A DNA stretch of 64,000 nucleotides from Leptolyngbyaceae cyanobacterium (GTDB lineage: Bacteria; Cyanobacteriota; Cyanobacteriia; Phormidesmidales; Phormidesmidaceae), in assembly GCA_050331235.1 (NCBI GenBank), contig JBHJHA010000053.1, positions 5,529 to 69,528 of the forward strand. Reading direction: 5' to 3'. Of this stretch, positions 10,801 through 19,726 are shown one piece after another. The first letter of the stretch is position 1. Each line of letters begins with the position of its first letter. The translations under genes were made by a program, and so were the position numbers. Below the pieces are notes generated by a model. That model searched no databases. It saw nothing but the letters and a program-made list of their open reading frames with translations, and had not been told where the DNA came from.

Positions 10801-11705
10801 TGCCACTGGGTTTGGGTGCTGCCGCTGAGGATGGCCTGCAACACGGGCACATTGAACCGCCGCCAGAGATCGAGTTGGGGCGTCGCGGTATTGAGCTTGG
10901 CGACGGCAAAACTCGTGGTATTGAGTAATAGCCCGACGCCCTCTGGGGTATCAGGCGGCAGTGCGGACATCAGCTCCGCTTGCACGTCGGGGTCCTGTAG
11001 CGAAGAGACGAACATCGGCACGGGCTCAATTTGCCGCTGGCGTAAGGCCTTGCACAGGGCATCGATGGGGGCGGTGTTGCCGGCTAGGTAATGGGCTCGA
11101 TAAAACAGCACGCCCGCTCGAAACTGAGGCGTGGGGAATTGCGACTCGGTGGTGGCGCAGGGATAGCGCCCGACTCGGGGAATCGGAGTCGGGGCAGGGG
11201 GCGAAAATTGAGTTTGCAGACAGCGATCGCAGATCAACATCAGCCCATGCTGAAAGTTCTCAACTCCTCCCTCGATTAAGTAGCGCCAAAGCTGATGAAC
11301 CACCGTTAATGGCACGGTGGAATGGCTCATCAAGTCTGGATCTGGGCGATCGTCCCCTGGCAGCACCACTAAAGCAGTGGCCTGGCTAACGGCAATTTCC
11401 TTGGCCACTTCGAGCCCGTAAGACCAGTAAGCGCGCCCGCCTAACAGCCTCAAAATGATGACACGAGCGGCACTCAATACGCTGTCGGCATAGGTATCAA
11501 TCGCCAGCTGTTGCTGGAGCTGGAGCAAATTGACTACACGCATGGCTGGGGCCTTGGTTGGCCACTGACTAGCAACGCGGGACCAGCACTGGATATCCGT
11601 ATCGGCAGCGGTCATAATCACCAGCGGTGCCGGGGACTGCTCGACAAAGATGACGCCGTCTGTGTCCGGAGTCCAGCCGCCGGGGGTTGCTGCCAATCTA
11701 TGCAT
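7860..11705 (-). CDS. cobN: Cobaltochelatase large subunit CobN
   Basis: 1281 aa. The N-terminus (GVIFVEQSPAPLVIMTAADTDIQCW) and overall length fit CobN better than the Mg-chelatase ChlH paralogue. The CobN/ChlH distinction was not verified by search. Confidence 0.8.
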   Translation of the reverse strand: MHRLAATPGGWTPDTDGVIFVEQSPAPLVIMTAADTDIQCWSRVASQWPTKAPAMRVVNLLQLQQQLAIDTYADSVLSAARVIILRLLGGRAYWSYGLEVAKEIAVSQATALVVLPGDDRPDPDLMSHSTVPLTVVHQLWRYLIEGGVENFQHGLMLICDRCLQTQFSPPAPTPIPRVGRYPCATTESQFPTPQFRAGVLFYRAHYLAGNTAPIDALCKALRQRQIEPVPMFVSSLQDPDVQAELMSALPPDTPEGVGLLLNTTSFAVAKLNTATPQLDLWRRFNVPVLQAILSGSTQTQWQQNSMGLKPRDIAMNVALPEVDGRIITRAISFKSAATHDTRLETDVVAYEPVGDRLKFVADLAANWLALQQTPPAQRRLALVLANYPNRDGRLANGVGLDTPQSCVELLRALQTAGYTVTDLPTDGHDLMQRLTQQMTNDPESWAMRPTAQCLSPSAYEAFWQTLSDEVQQAVQQQWGTPAAERSRYPALTTASWPIAGLQFGNVFVGIQPSRGYDRDPSLNYHAPDLVPTHAYLAFYGWLRQTFQVQAVVHMGKHGNLEWLPGKGVGLSADCYPEVALGPMPHLYPFIVNDPGEGAQAKRRAQAVIIDHLTPPLTRAELYGPLQQLEGWVDEYYEAQSLDPTRLVPLRDRILTLLQTTHLWQDLAPAIPQIQSSMTATDLSSPPSDTTFTTWLPLVDGYLCELKEAQIRDGLHIFGRCPQGRQLRDLVVAIARHPSRDRLGLSRAIAQAWQLDFDPLTDELGEPWQPPTAIAPPVASLLSACRTKGDAVAVMEEQTQQWVAQIIAAPSPDLGVAIAPTPALHRELVWIQQTLLPALRQTSQEIHNLLAGLDGRYVSSGPAGAPTRNRPEVLPTGRNFYSVDIRAIPTESAWDVGRKAAEVLVERYTQEHGEYPQSLGLSVWGTSTMRTGGDDIAEALALMGVQPIWDGPSRRVVDFEILPIQALGRPRIDVTLRVSGFFRDAFPNLIDLFDQAVEAVAQLPEPSTDNPLAASTQTEAHEWIQRGLPPAVAIARSRYRIFGSKPGAYGAGLQGLIEAQNWTDEADLARAYVNWSSYAYGRQAQGRSAPEAFQARLQTMQVVLHNQDNREHDLLDSDDYYQFQGGLTAAVKVASGRSPTVYFGDHAVAENPKVRSLSQEIARVYRSRVINPKWIAGVQRHGYKGAFEMAATVDYLFAYDATTRCVPDHMYDGLAAAYALDSKTQAFMQEVNPWALRDIAERLLEAHQRRLWQSATSDTLEQLRQVAHAAEAAVESRQESVW

Positions 11706-11904
11706 AGGGTATGGGTGAAAAATACGAAATCTGAAGGAACTCTAGCGTCTTGGGGGACAGCTCGATGTCGAAAGTTAACATGTTTTCCATGTTGTTTGAC
11801 GCTAAGCAACCGGGCATAAAGTAGGAACTCAAGACTGCTGCGGAGGCCGCTAGCGCGATCGCCTCCCGGGTCTGTGGTCTATGTGCTCGTAGTTCTTCAA
11901 ATCC

Positions 11905-11934
11905 AATGATTTCTGCCCTAATGATTTCTGCCCT
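11905..11934. repeat. Perfect tandem duplication of a 15-mer (AATGATTTCTGCCCT x2)
   Basis: 11905-11919 and 11920-11934 are identical. They lie in the 357-bp divergent spacer between cobN (-) and the histidine kinase (+). Confidence 0.9.
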
Positions 11935-12062
11935 TTTGATAAATTCCTGTTGAGCGCTTGTTTTCGATTTTTGTCTCCGTCTTCGCCTAGCACTCTGACC
12001 ACTGATACTCGACTCAGGGCACAAGCTGAGTTAGGGACTGCTGTTCCTAGCCGTATGATTCT

Positions 12063-14387
12063 ATGACTCAATTTCCTCACAATTCAGAGTTTGCTGTATG
12101 GAATCTCCCACGCCCAGCCTACGAGCGCTTGCGGCAGTCACTCTGGCAGATTGCCGAGCCCCCCGCCGCGATGCGGATTGCGGCCACCGATGCTGTGTCC
12201 GACACCCGGGTTATGGCGGATTGGCAAGACTGGCTCTTGGTCATTACGCCGGTTAGCCAAGGCTTATTGGTGCAGTATTCGCCCCCGTTGATCGAGAGCC
12301 CAGGGCCAAATACTCGCGATCGCCTTTATCAAGTGGGACTCATGACCCATCCCCGGAGTATTGCCGAGGCCATCACAAGTTTGCGATCGCAGACGACATC
12401 TGCCTCAATGCAACAGCAGCTCCAACGGGCCCTCCAGCATTGTCACAATCGTCCGGTCGAATCTGGTAATGGCTTAGCGATGGCCCTGTTGCCGATGTTG
12501 GCCGGGGCACCACCGGAGCCGTCACTGGCGGCGGTTACGACTAGCGTCATGGAGGCCAAAGCTGCTGGGACTGTGCAGCAGGCACTTGACCGCCAGCTAG
12601 AGCAAAGCGAACTGCTGAATCAAGTCATCAACAAAATCCGTAACAGTTTAGATCTGCATGCCATCCTCTCGAATACAGTAGAGGTAGTGCGGCGTTATTT
12701 AGGGGCTGATCGCTTGTTGATCTATCAATTTCAGCCGGTTGCCCAGCTTGCTCAGGACCCCTCCGCAACAGAGACGACTGTACTCGAACCGACTGATACC
12801 GCGGGCTACATTACATACGAGTCCCTAGCGACCAAGAATATCGAGTCGGTGAAGCATTTTGCCGAAAAATACTGCTTTTCAGACTACGAGCACTGTCATA
12901 TTAAGTACAGCGGTGGCCAGCCCATCGCGGTCAACAACGTTAGGGAAAAATATCAAGACATTCCCTGCTTGCAAAACTTTTTACAAAAGGCCAGAGTTCA
13001 GGCCAAGGTGATTGCGCCGATCTTAGTCGGCGGCGAGCTTTGGGGGTTGTTGATTGCCCATCACTGTCATTCTCCCCATGCTTGGACTGAGCCAGAGCTG
13101 ACGTTTTTGCAATACATTGCTGAGCATCTTGCCCTCGCCATTCAGCAGGCCGAGCTCTACACTCAGCTGCGTCAACAAACGCAATCCCTTGAGACGTGTG
13201 TCGTTGATCGCACCCGCGATCTCAAAGATGCTCTCGCCGCCGCCGAGTCGGCTAACCTTGCCAAGAGTGAATTTTTGGCAACCATGAGCCACGAGTTGCG
13301 TACGCCGTTGACCTGCATTATTGGTATGTCAGCTACGCTTTTGCGCTGGTCTTTGGGAGAACTGAGCGATCGCCAGCGCGCTTATTTACAAACTATCTAC
13401 GACAGCGGTGAGCGCTTGCTCGCGGTAATCAACGATATTTTGGAGATGGCTAAGATCGAGTCTGGGCGAGCCGTTTTAGAAGTTCGTAGGTTTTCGTTGA
13501 CGCGGCTAGCACAGCAGACCATTGATCCTTTTCGTAAACTAGGTCGCGATCGCCACATCTCCATTCATTTTGAATCCACGCTTTTAGCTGATCAAGATAC
13601 CTTTGTCGGCGACCCCAGCCGGATTGCGCAAATTCTCGACAACCTGCTGAGCAATGCCCTCAAGTTTTCCCATGACGATAGTGAGGTACGTCTGCGCCTC
13701 TGGCGAGAGCAACAAACCGCTGTTTTTCAGGTCGAAGACAGCGGTATCGGTATCCCTACGGAGAAAATTCCCCATTTATTTCGGACTTTTCATCAATTAG
13801 AAGCTAGTCGTGAAAGACAATATTCTGGCACGGGGCTCGGACTGGCGCTGACGAAGCAGCTAGTAGAGCTACATGGTGGCAATATCACGGTCAACTCTCG
13901 GGTTGGCGTGGGGTCTGTCTTTACCGCTCGAATCCCCCTACAGCGACTGAACAGTCAGACTAAGCCTCATCATCAGACGGATCGCCCGGATTGTCCCGAG
14001 GCAAATGTATCACTGCCGATTGTCGGCAGGATTGTTTTGATCGAAGACGAGGAAGACCGCGCTAGTCTCATCTGCGATTTGCTGACGGCAGCCGACTATC
14101 AGGTGATTTGGATGATTGAGGGGTCGCAGGTGATCGAGCAAGTATCGCTCCTGCACCCGGCGGTCATCATTATCAATATGAGTTTGAGCGGTCTCAATGG
14201 CGAAGGCTTAGTGACGACTTTACGGGAGACCTTGACAACTTCACATGTGAATATCCTGGCTCTTGGCAACCCCCCGGCCTCGTCAGTAGAGATGGAAAAA
14301 GTTGATGCAGTTGAGCCTTTGCCGCTGAATCCTGAGTCGCTGCTGGAAAAAGTGAATGCGTTGATTGCGACCACTGAGCCTTACTAA
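12063..14387 (+). CDS. GAF-sensor histidine kinase with C-terminal pseudo-receiver (CikA-like architecture)
   Basis: 774 aa. GAF-like segment (RLLIYQF...ELWGLLIAHHC), H-box MSHELRTPL (His codon 13290-13292), N/G boxes (LSNALKFS; DSGIGIP; GTGLGLALTKQLV). The receiver-like tail has Asn (14175-14177) where the phospho-acceptor Asp should be, and no conserved Thr/Lys. Confidence 0.85.
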   Translation: MTQFPHNSEFAVWNLPRPAYERLRQSLWQIAEPPAAMRIAATDAVSDTRVMADWQDWLLVITPVSQGLLVQYSPPLIESPGPNTRDRLYQVGLMTHPRSIAEAITSLRSQTTSASMQQQLQRALQHCHNRPVESGNGLAMALLPMLAGAPPEPSLAAVTTSVMEAKAAGTVQQALDRQLEQSELLNQVINKIRNSLDLHAILSNTVEVVRRYLGADRLLIYQFQPVAQLAQDPSATETTVLEPTDTAGYITYESLATKNIESVKHFAEKYCFSDYEHCHIKYSGGQPIAVNNVREKYQDIPCLQNFLQKARVQAKVIAPILVGGELWGLLIAHHCHSPHAWTEPELTFLQYIAEHLALAIQQAELYTQLRQQTQSLETCVVDRTRDLKDALAAAESANLAKSEFLATMSHELRTPLTCIIGMSATLLRWSLGELSDRQRAYLQTIYDSGERLLAVINDILEMAKIESGRAVLEVRRFSLTRLAQQTIDPFRKLGRDRHISIHFESTLLADQDTFVGDPSRIAQILDNLLSNALKFSHDDSEVRLRLWREQQTAVFQVEDSGIGIPTEKIPHLFRTFHQLEASRERQYSGTGLGLALTKQLVELHGGNITVNSRVGVGSVFTARIPLQRLNSQTKPHHQTDRPDCPEANVSLPIVGRIVLIEDEEDRASLICDLLTAADYQVIWMIEGSQVIEQVSLLHPAVIIINMSLSGLNGEGLVTTLRETLTTSHVNILALGNPPASSVEMEKVDAVEPLPLNPESLLEKVNALIATTEPY

Positions 14388-14548
14388 CGCTGGACGGGTG
14401 GTCATCAGGGGGCGATCGCCCGACTTTCAGCAGGAATGCGACGGTATATTAACTGTCATTTTTTCCGCAGGCTGGGCTATTCTTAGTCGTCAGGGATTTC
14501 AGTCTTAGAAGTCAATTCACATCATCAATATCAGCTCGACTCTGAACT

Positions 14549-15211
14549 ATGAAGCGTTGGATTCATTTGTGGCAGCTTAAACGAACTCGATCAGCCGGTA
14601 GGCAAAACCGCTCTCCCTGGTTGCCAAGGATTGCCGGGTGCTTACTGACAGCTACGACGGTGATGCTGACCGCCAGCGGCCAGGTAAGCCCGGTCAAGGC
14701 AGTTGACAGCGGTGGCATGTCTGCTATGATGTGGCACCAAGCCTCCTTTCCCGTCGAAAATTTTCAAGCCTACACCTCGCCCTTTGGCTATCGCTCCGAC
14801 CCTTACGGCGGTGGGCAGCGCTTTCACTACGGGTTGGATATGGCCGCGCCTTCGGGGAGCTACATTCGGAGCTGGTGGGGCGGCCAGGTAGTTGAAGTTT
14901 CAGATGATAGCTCCTGTGGCACCTCGGTGGTGGTGCAGTCGGGCAACTGGCTACATATCTACTGTCATATGCAGGGCTATGTGGTGCAGGAGGGCAGCGA
15001 TCGCTACATGGTTGACGGCGATGGCGGCCTGCGTATTCGAGAGGGCCAAATCGTGGACACAGGGACTCGTATTGGACGCATTGGCATGACAGGCCGCACT
15101 ACAGGGCCGCATCTGCACTGGGGTTTAAAGTACGATGAAAACTGGGTGGATCCAGCTTTGGTCTTGCACGCCATGTACATTAGCCAGCAAGCCCAGGCCC
15201 CAAGCCAATAG
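14549..15211 (+). CDS. M23-family metallopeptidase
   Basis: HYGLDMAAP...GMTGRTTGPHLHWGL (HxxxD / HxH motifs). N-terminal signal/TM. Confidence 0.85.
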   Translation: MKRWIHLWQLKRTRSAGRQNRSPWLPRIAGCLLTATTVMLTASGQVSPVKAVDSGGMSAMMWHQASFPVENFQAYTSPFGYRSDPYGGGQRFHYGLDMAAPSGSYIRSWWGGQVVEVSDDSSCGTSVVVQSGNWLHIYCHMQGYVVQEGSDRYMVDGDGGLRIREGQIVDTGTRIGRIGMTGRTTGPHLHWGLKYDENWVDPALVLHAMYISQQAQAPSQ

Positions 15212-15272
15212 GGGCTGCTGCTGACGACTACGGGGCTTCTCAGATCCGAGGGTCGCTAGTCTAGTAGACGCG

Positions 15273-15944
15273 TCACCGCTGATGGCGTTTGAGCGCTAGG
15301 GTCAAACCATCTCCCACTGGCAGCAGGCTCAAATCAACTCGTGTATCGGCCACAATTTTTTGATTGAGGGCGCGGATCCGCTGAGTACGGTTATCGGTCA
15401 CAGTGGTATCCGCTACCCGACCCGACCATAGGACATTGTCGATCGCGATCAGTCCCCCCGGTTTAACCAGTTGCAGCGCCTGCTCATAGTAGGTGTCATA
15501 GTTACTCTTATCGGCGTCGATAAAGACAAAGTCAAAGGTCTCGGTTTTGCCGGCCTCAATTAGCTGCTGCAGGGTTTCGATCGCCGGGGCAAGGCGCAAG
15601 TCAATCTTGTGAGTAACCCCGGCCAGCTGCCAGTATTTGCGCGCGATCGCGGTGTACTCTGCATTCACATCGCAAGCCACCAGTCGGCCCTCTGGGGGCA
15701 GGGCTAGCGCCACAGCTAGGGCGCTATAGCCAGTGAAAACGCCAATTTCCAAAGCATTTTGCACATTTGCCAGCTTTATCAGCAGCGCCATAAACTGTCC
15801 TTGCTCAGGGGAGATTTGCATTTGACCCATCACGTGGGTGGCCGTTTCAGCGCGCAGTTTTGCTAACGTAGAGTGCTCCCGCAGCGAAACGGAGAGCAAA
15901 TAGTGATACAGATCGGTGCCTAGCCCAATACTTTGATTAGACAT
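15273..15944 (-). CDS. Class I SAM-dependent O-methyltransferase (caffeoyl-CoA OMT-like)
   Basis: LEIGVFTGYSAL (SAM motif I), FDFVFIDADKSNY, GGLIAIDNVLW. Confidence 0.85.
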   Translation of the reverse strand: MSNQSIGLGTDLYHYLLSVSLREHSTLAKLRAETATHVMGQMQISPEQGQFMALLIKLANVQNALEIGVFTGYSALAVALALPPEGRLVACDVNAEYTAIARKYWQLAGVTHKIDLRLAPAIETLQQLIEAGKTETFDFVFIDADKSNYDTYYEQALQLVKPGGLIAIDNVLWSGRVADTTVTDNRTQRIRALNQKIVADTRVDLSLLPVGDGLTLALKRHQR

Positions 15945-16315
15945 GGTGTGGGTTTACTCCTGGGCCAACGATGTTGATTCTTTAGGAGATCGGTCATTGG
16001 GGAATCTCGACGCCCTCAGGTGATTGCGGTTAGGGCCGCTGGTCACCCATGCCAAAATGGGATGGATGGGCGATCGCCTAACGGTAATTGCCCAAACTTG
16101 GGCACGCCGCAAGGTCTCCCTCAGAACTGCCTGACCGCAAGCTACCACAAATCCTGTTGCCCTCTTGAGCGCGCCGACTGCAGACTACCCGGTCGCATTA
16201 GGTCAGTGGGGTGATGATGTTCAGGTTTAAACCAGTTCGGCAGCAATCCTGATATTGATAGCAGTCGCAAACGCGGCATCTTACTTTAAGATTAGATTAA
16301 CTATTGACTGAGATC

Positions 16316-16513
16316 ATGGAAAATACCCACTTTGTTCAATTGTCTGCACTGCCGGGCTGGATTATTGGGATTAGCCACACGTATCAGCAAGGCTATCGAT
16401 GTTGGATCATTAACTCAGCCTTAGATGTCCTGAGTGATGGTTATCAATATTCCACCAGTAGTGCGGCTCTGACGGCAGGCCGCACCTATATTGAGCGACA
16501 GCATGAAGCGTAA
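16316..16513 (+). CDS. Small hypothetical protein (65 aa)
   Basis: ORF only. ATG at 16316 lies inside the TTG-initiated track ORF 16304..16513. No recognisable motif. Confidence 0.3.
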   Translation: MENTHFVQLSALPGWIIGISHTYQQGYRCWIINSALDVLSDGYQYSTSSAALTAGRTYIERQHEA

Positions 16514-16703
16514 ACTCTGAAGCTTTGAAGTACTGGTCGCTGTTTCTCGGTAGGGATGGCTACTGGCTGCAGTTTCAGAGATCGTTGTTTCGCTTTGTGC
16601 CAAAAGGGTGGGTGCGTCATTGAGGCGATTTTTAGGGCGGCCAGTCGTAGCACTTGGTAGGCATACCTGATAATGTGAAAAGTTGTAAAGCTTGGGAATA
16701 ACA

Positions 16704-17168
16704 ATGCCCTTACCAACAAATCTCGCAACTCTTGATGGTGCTCCCCTACCCGCTGAGGAACTTCAAGGCAAAGCCATTTTGTTTGTCAATGTTGCTAGTA
16801 AGTGCGGTCTGACACCTCAATACGAGGGTCTGGTGAAACTTGATAAGGAATATGGCGATCGCGATTTGATGATTGTCGGCGTCCCTTGCAACCAATTTGG
16901 TCAGCAGGAGCCGGGCAGCCCTGATGAAATTAAGGAATTCACCCAGTCTAAGTACGACGTTGATTTTACGCTCTTAGAAAAGCAAGACGTCAATGGTCCT
17001 AACCGCAGTCCTCTCTATCAATTCTTGGTGGGTGACGGCGAAGACATCGCCTGGAATTTTGGTAAGTTCGTCGTCGACCGCGAAGGTCATGTTGTTGCTC
17101 GCTTTGAGCCTCAGACCCCCCCAGACGACGCTGCACTCAAAGCCGCGATTGAAAAAGCTCTGGGCTAG
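16704..17168 (+). CDS. gpx: Glutathione peroxidase-family peroxidase (Cys type)
   Basis: VNVASKCGLTPQY, PCNQFGQQEPG, WNFGKFVVDREG. The track start at 16692 is TTG; ATG is at 16704. Confidence 0.9.
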   Translation: MPLPTNLATLDGAPLPAEELQGKAILFVNVASKCGLTPQYEGLVKLDKEYGDRDLMIVGVPCNQFGQQEPGSPDEIKEFTQSKYDVDFTLLEKQDVNGPNRSPLYQFLVGDGEDIAWNFGKFVVDREGHVVARFEPQTPPDDAALKAAIEKALG

Positions 17169-17204
17169 TTCCTAGCGCTCAATTGCACCTGAGGGAATAA
17201 AAGA

Positions 17205-17236
17205 AAGAATGACGTCCCGGCCGGGGCGTCATTCTT
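17205..17236. terminator. Strong hairpin between convergent gpx and ftsY (candidate bidirectional terminator)
   Basis: AAGAATGACGTCCC-GGCC-GGGGCGTCATTCTT: a 14-bp stem (one G.U on the plus strand, one mismatch on the minus strand) with a 4-nt loop. A U-rich run follows on the minus strand (TCTTTTATT) but not on the plus strand. Confidence 0.5.
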
Positions 17237-17273
17237 GTTAAAACTGCCAAATTTGCCCAACGTTTGCCCTTCG

Positions 17274-18974
17274 CTAGCCGCTGAGTAACGCCTCGACAAA
17301 CTCATAGCTGGAGAACGGTCGCAAATCTTCAATGCCTTCGCCAGCGCCGATAAATCGAATGGGCAGTCCGAGCTGCTGCACCACTGCCAAGGCTACGCCG
17401 CCGCGGGCAGTGCCATCTAGCTTTGTCAGGACAACGCCGCTCAAGTTCGCTGCTTCAGCAAATACTTTGGCTTGCTGGAGGCCGTTTTGACCGAGGGTAG
17501 CATCGAGGACTAACAGAGACTCTATCTGGGCCTCCGGTGCCTTTTTGTCGATAATCCGGCGAATTTTTGACAACTCTTCCATCAAATTTTTCTTGTTTTG
17601 CAGGCGGCCGGCAGTGTCAACCAGGAGGAGTTCGCACTGGCGCGATTGTGCAGCAGCGATCGCATCGAAAACTACCGCTGCTGGGTCGGTGTTCTTACCA
17701 GGATTAGCAATCACATCGACATCGCTGCGGGCTCCCCAGGCTTTGACTTGCTCCACCGCTGCCGCACGAAAAGTATCAGCAGCCCCAATCAAACAGTTAT
17801 AGCCGGACTTTTTAGCAATGTGGGCTAGCTTCCCAATGGTGGTGGTTTTGCCCGCGCCATTGACGCCGGTCATCAGCCAAATGTTGAAAGTGCCCTTGTC
17901 CGGGACGAACTCCAAATTATGGGAATCGCCCAGCGGGGCATCGAGCATGTCGCGTAAAAGCTGCTTCAAGTAGGCGATCGCCTGCTCCGGAGGTAGAGCT
18001 TCTTCTCGGAGTCGTGCCTGTAGGGACTCAATAATCGTGTCAGTGGCTTCTACGCCGACGTCTGCCTGCAGCAATAGGGCTTCGATCTCAAAGACAGCAT
18101 CCTCGTTGAGGGGGCCTTGGCCCACGATCGCCTTGAGCTGATTGACCAATCCTCGGCGGGTTTTGTCCAATCCCTGACGCAGTTTGTTGAGCCAGGTAAT
18201 TTCCTCAATCGAGATATCCGCTGCTTGTCGGCCTTGGCCGGCCAAGACTTCCGCTGACCATAGGAACGCTTCATCGAAGTTGATATCGGGGAGTAACTGC
18301 TCTGGTTCAGTTGTGGCGGTGACGGTTGGTTCCGGTTCCGGCTCAGGTTCGGCGATCGCGGTTTCTTGCAGGCGCTCCAGTCGAGCCTGACGCTCCGTCG
18401 CTGACTGCATCCAAGCAGGACCAGCGACGGACGGCTCTGGAGTTGCCGGTGCTTCGACAGGGATGACTTCAGAAGTCTCAACGGCCGCAGAGGTCGTGGT
18501 CTTGGGCTCAGTGGCAGCTGGTGTAACTGCCGTCTCTTCCACTTCCGGGATCGGTTTTGTCTCTACAACCTCGTCAGTGGTTTCAGGAGAAGCTGTCGCT
18601 GGGGAAGCACCCGCCTCGATTTCAGGCGATGCTGCCGTTGCTGGCTCAGCAATAGTCGTCTCTGAGACCAACGTAGCGGGGGGCCCCTCCCCATCGACCG
18701 GTGGCGTCGGCGTGTCAGTTGCGAAATCTACAGAATCTGCCGACGTTTCAGCCGGTGGGTCAGCGGTTTCGCTAGCCTGTTGCTTTTGGATGTTTTGATA
18801 GGCGGCTTTCGCCCAGGCCAAGTAGTCTTCAGAACTCATGGCCGGCGTCTTGGGCTCGTCAGCCGGTGGCTGCTCCGATTGATGCGCCGAGGGCGCCGGC
18901 GACTTTGGCGTCTCAGACTTGTCAGCGTCTGATGATTTGTTGAAACTACGGCTAAACCAGTTGAAATTGGCCAT
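17274..18974 (-). CDS. ftsY: Signal recognition particle receptor FtsY
   Basis: C-terminal NG domain (GVNGAGKTTTIGKLA; DTAGRLQNK; LTKLDGTARGG) preceded by a long acidic Pro/Glu/Thr-rich A-domain. Confidence 0.95.
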   Translation of the reverse strand: MANFNWFSRSFNKSSDADKSETPKSPAPSAHQSEQPPADEPKTPAMSSEDYLAWAKAAYQNIQKQQASETADPPAETSADSVDFATDTPTPPVDGEGPPATLVSETTIAEPATAASPEIEAGASPATASPETTDEVVETKPIPEVEETAVTPAATEPKTTTSAAVETSEVIPVEAPATPEPSVAGPAWMQSATERQARLERLQETAIAEPEPEPEPTVTATTEPEQLLPDINFDEAFLWSAEVLAGQGRQAADISIEEITWLNKLRQGLDKTRRGLVNQLKAIVGQGPLNEDAVFEIEALLLQADVGVEATDTIIESLQARLREEALPPEQAIAYLKQLLRDMLDAPLGDSHNLEFVPDKGTFNIWLMTGVNGAGKTTTIGKLAHIAKKSGYNCLIGAADTFRAAAVEQVKAWGARSDVDVIANPGKNTDPAAVVFDAIAAAQSRQCELLLVDTAGRLQNKKNLMEELSKIRRIIDKKAPEAQIESLLVLDATLGQNGLQQAKVFAEAANLSGVVLTKLDGTARGGVALAVVQQLGLPIRFIGAGEGIEDLRPFSSYEFVEALLSG

Positions 18975-19024
18975 GGGTCGCGGTAAACAGCAATGACAGC
19001 AAGGAACAGCGGTTGACTTTCACC

Positions 19025-19726
19025 TTATACCAGCGACGACGAATCTGAGTCAGTAGAGGGAGTCGCCGGAGCTGAAACGCCTGGCTCAGGAGTGGTCTTG
19101 TCTGCAATCGGATTTAAAAATCGATTGACCCAGCGTCGGAGTACGCCGTTAATAAACCGGAAACCATCTTCATCGCTGTAGCGTTTAGCAATTTCGATCG
19201 CTTCATTGATAGCGACTCGATCCGGAACGCCCAGATGCTTCATTTCAGTAACGGCAATGCGCAAAACGTCGCGGTCTAATTGAGGTAGTCGCTTGATTTG
19301 CCAAGAAACCATCGCTTCGTTGAGTTCTTGGTCCACTTCCGAGCGATGTTGGGTCGTCACCGATATCAGCTGAATCGCATAGCTGCGCACTTCTTTACGG
19401 TTGGAAAGCTGAATCATCTCGGGGAGTTGGAGCGCTCCCCCTAGGCGATTAATCGCCGTTTGAGTCTTGTCCAAGGCCGCCTTGAGCGAGGTCCGGGCCT
19501 TGTCAATGCTGTCAGCCCGGGTTTCACTCTCTAGTAAATGATCTTGGCTCTGCTGGACTTCCCCGGCAGCCACTTCCAAGGCATCCTGCACCTCATTGGC
19601 CAGCGATCGCACGGCGGCGGTGACTAGGGCGTCCAGTTCTTGGCTGGATAATGCCTCTGGTTTGTTGACATTGATCTGGCTCAAGCCTAAGAGTGCAAGT
19701 TCTCTGGCAAAACGACGAGGCTGCAT
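19025..19726 (-). CDS. nusB: Transcription antitermination factor NusB
   Basis: RFARELALLGLSQ... and AINEAIEIAKRYSDEDGFRFINGVLRR match NusB. It lies directly upstream of ftsY on the same strand. Confidence 0.9.
   Translation of the reverse strand: MQPRRFARELALLGLSQINVNKPEALSSQELDALVTAAVRSLANEVQDALEVAAGEVQQSQDHLLESETRADSIDKARTSLKAALDKTQTAINRLGGALQLPEMIQLSNRKEVRSYAIQLISVTTQHRSEVDQELNEAMVSWQIKRLPQLDRDVLRIAVTEMKHLGVPDRVAINEAIEIAKRYSDEDGFRFINGVLRRWVNRFLNPIADKTTPEPGVSAPATPSTDSDSSSLV

Noticed and set aside
8034-11389. Multiple 60-140-aa plus-strand ORFs inside cobN. Similar antisense ORFs occur inside ftsY, valS, pepA, ligA, glgP, pgi, eno and xfp.
   Set aside because: All are antisense or out-of-frame within long, motif-supported genes. 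They are Arg/Ser/Gly/Pro-rich with no RBS.
11706-12062. Possible cobalamin riboswitch in the cobN leader (minus strand). I noticed AGGAACAGCAGTCCCTAA..., CAGTGG and AGGCGAAGAC, which vaguely recall GGGAA/GCCACUG/B12-box elements.
   Set aside because: The order and sequence do not fit the consensus: no GGUG.AA.UCC, no GCCACUG in the right orientation, and no ...GACCUGCC B12-box. Only an Infernal scan could rescue it.
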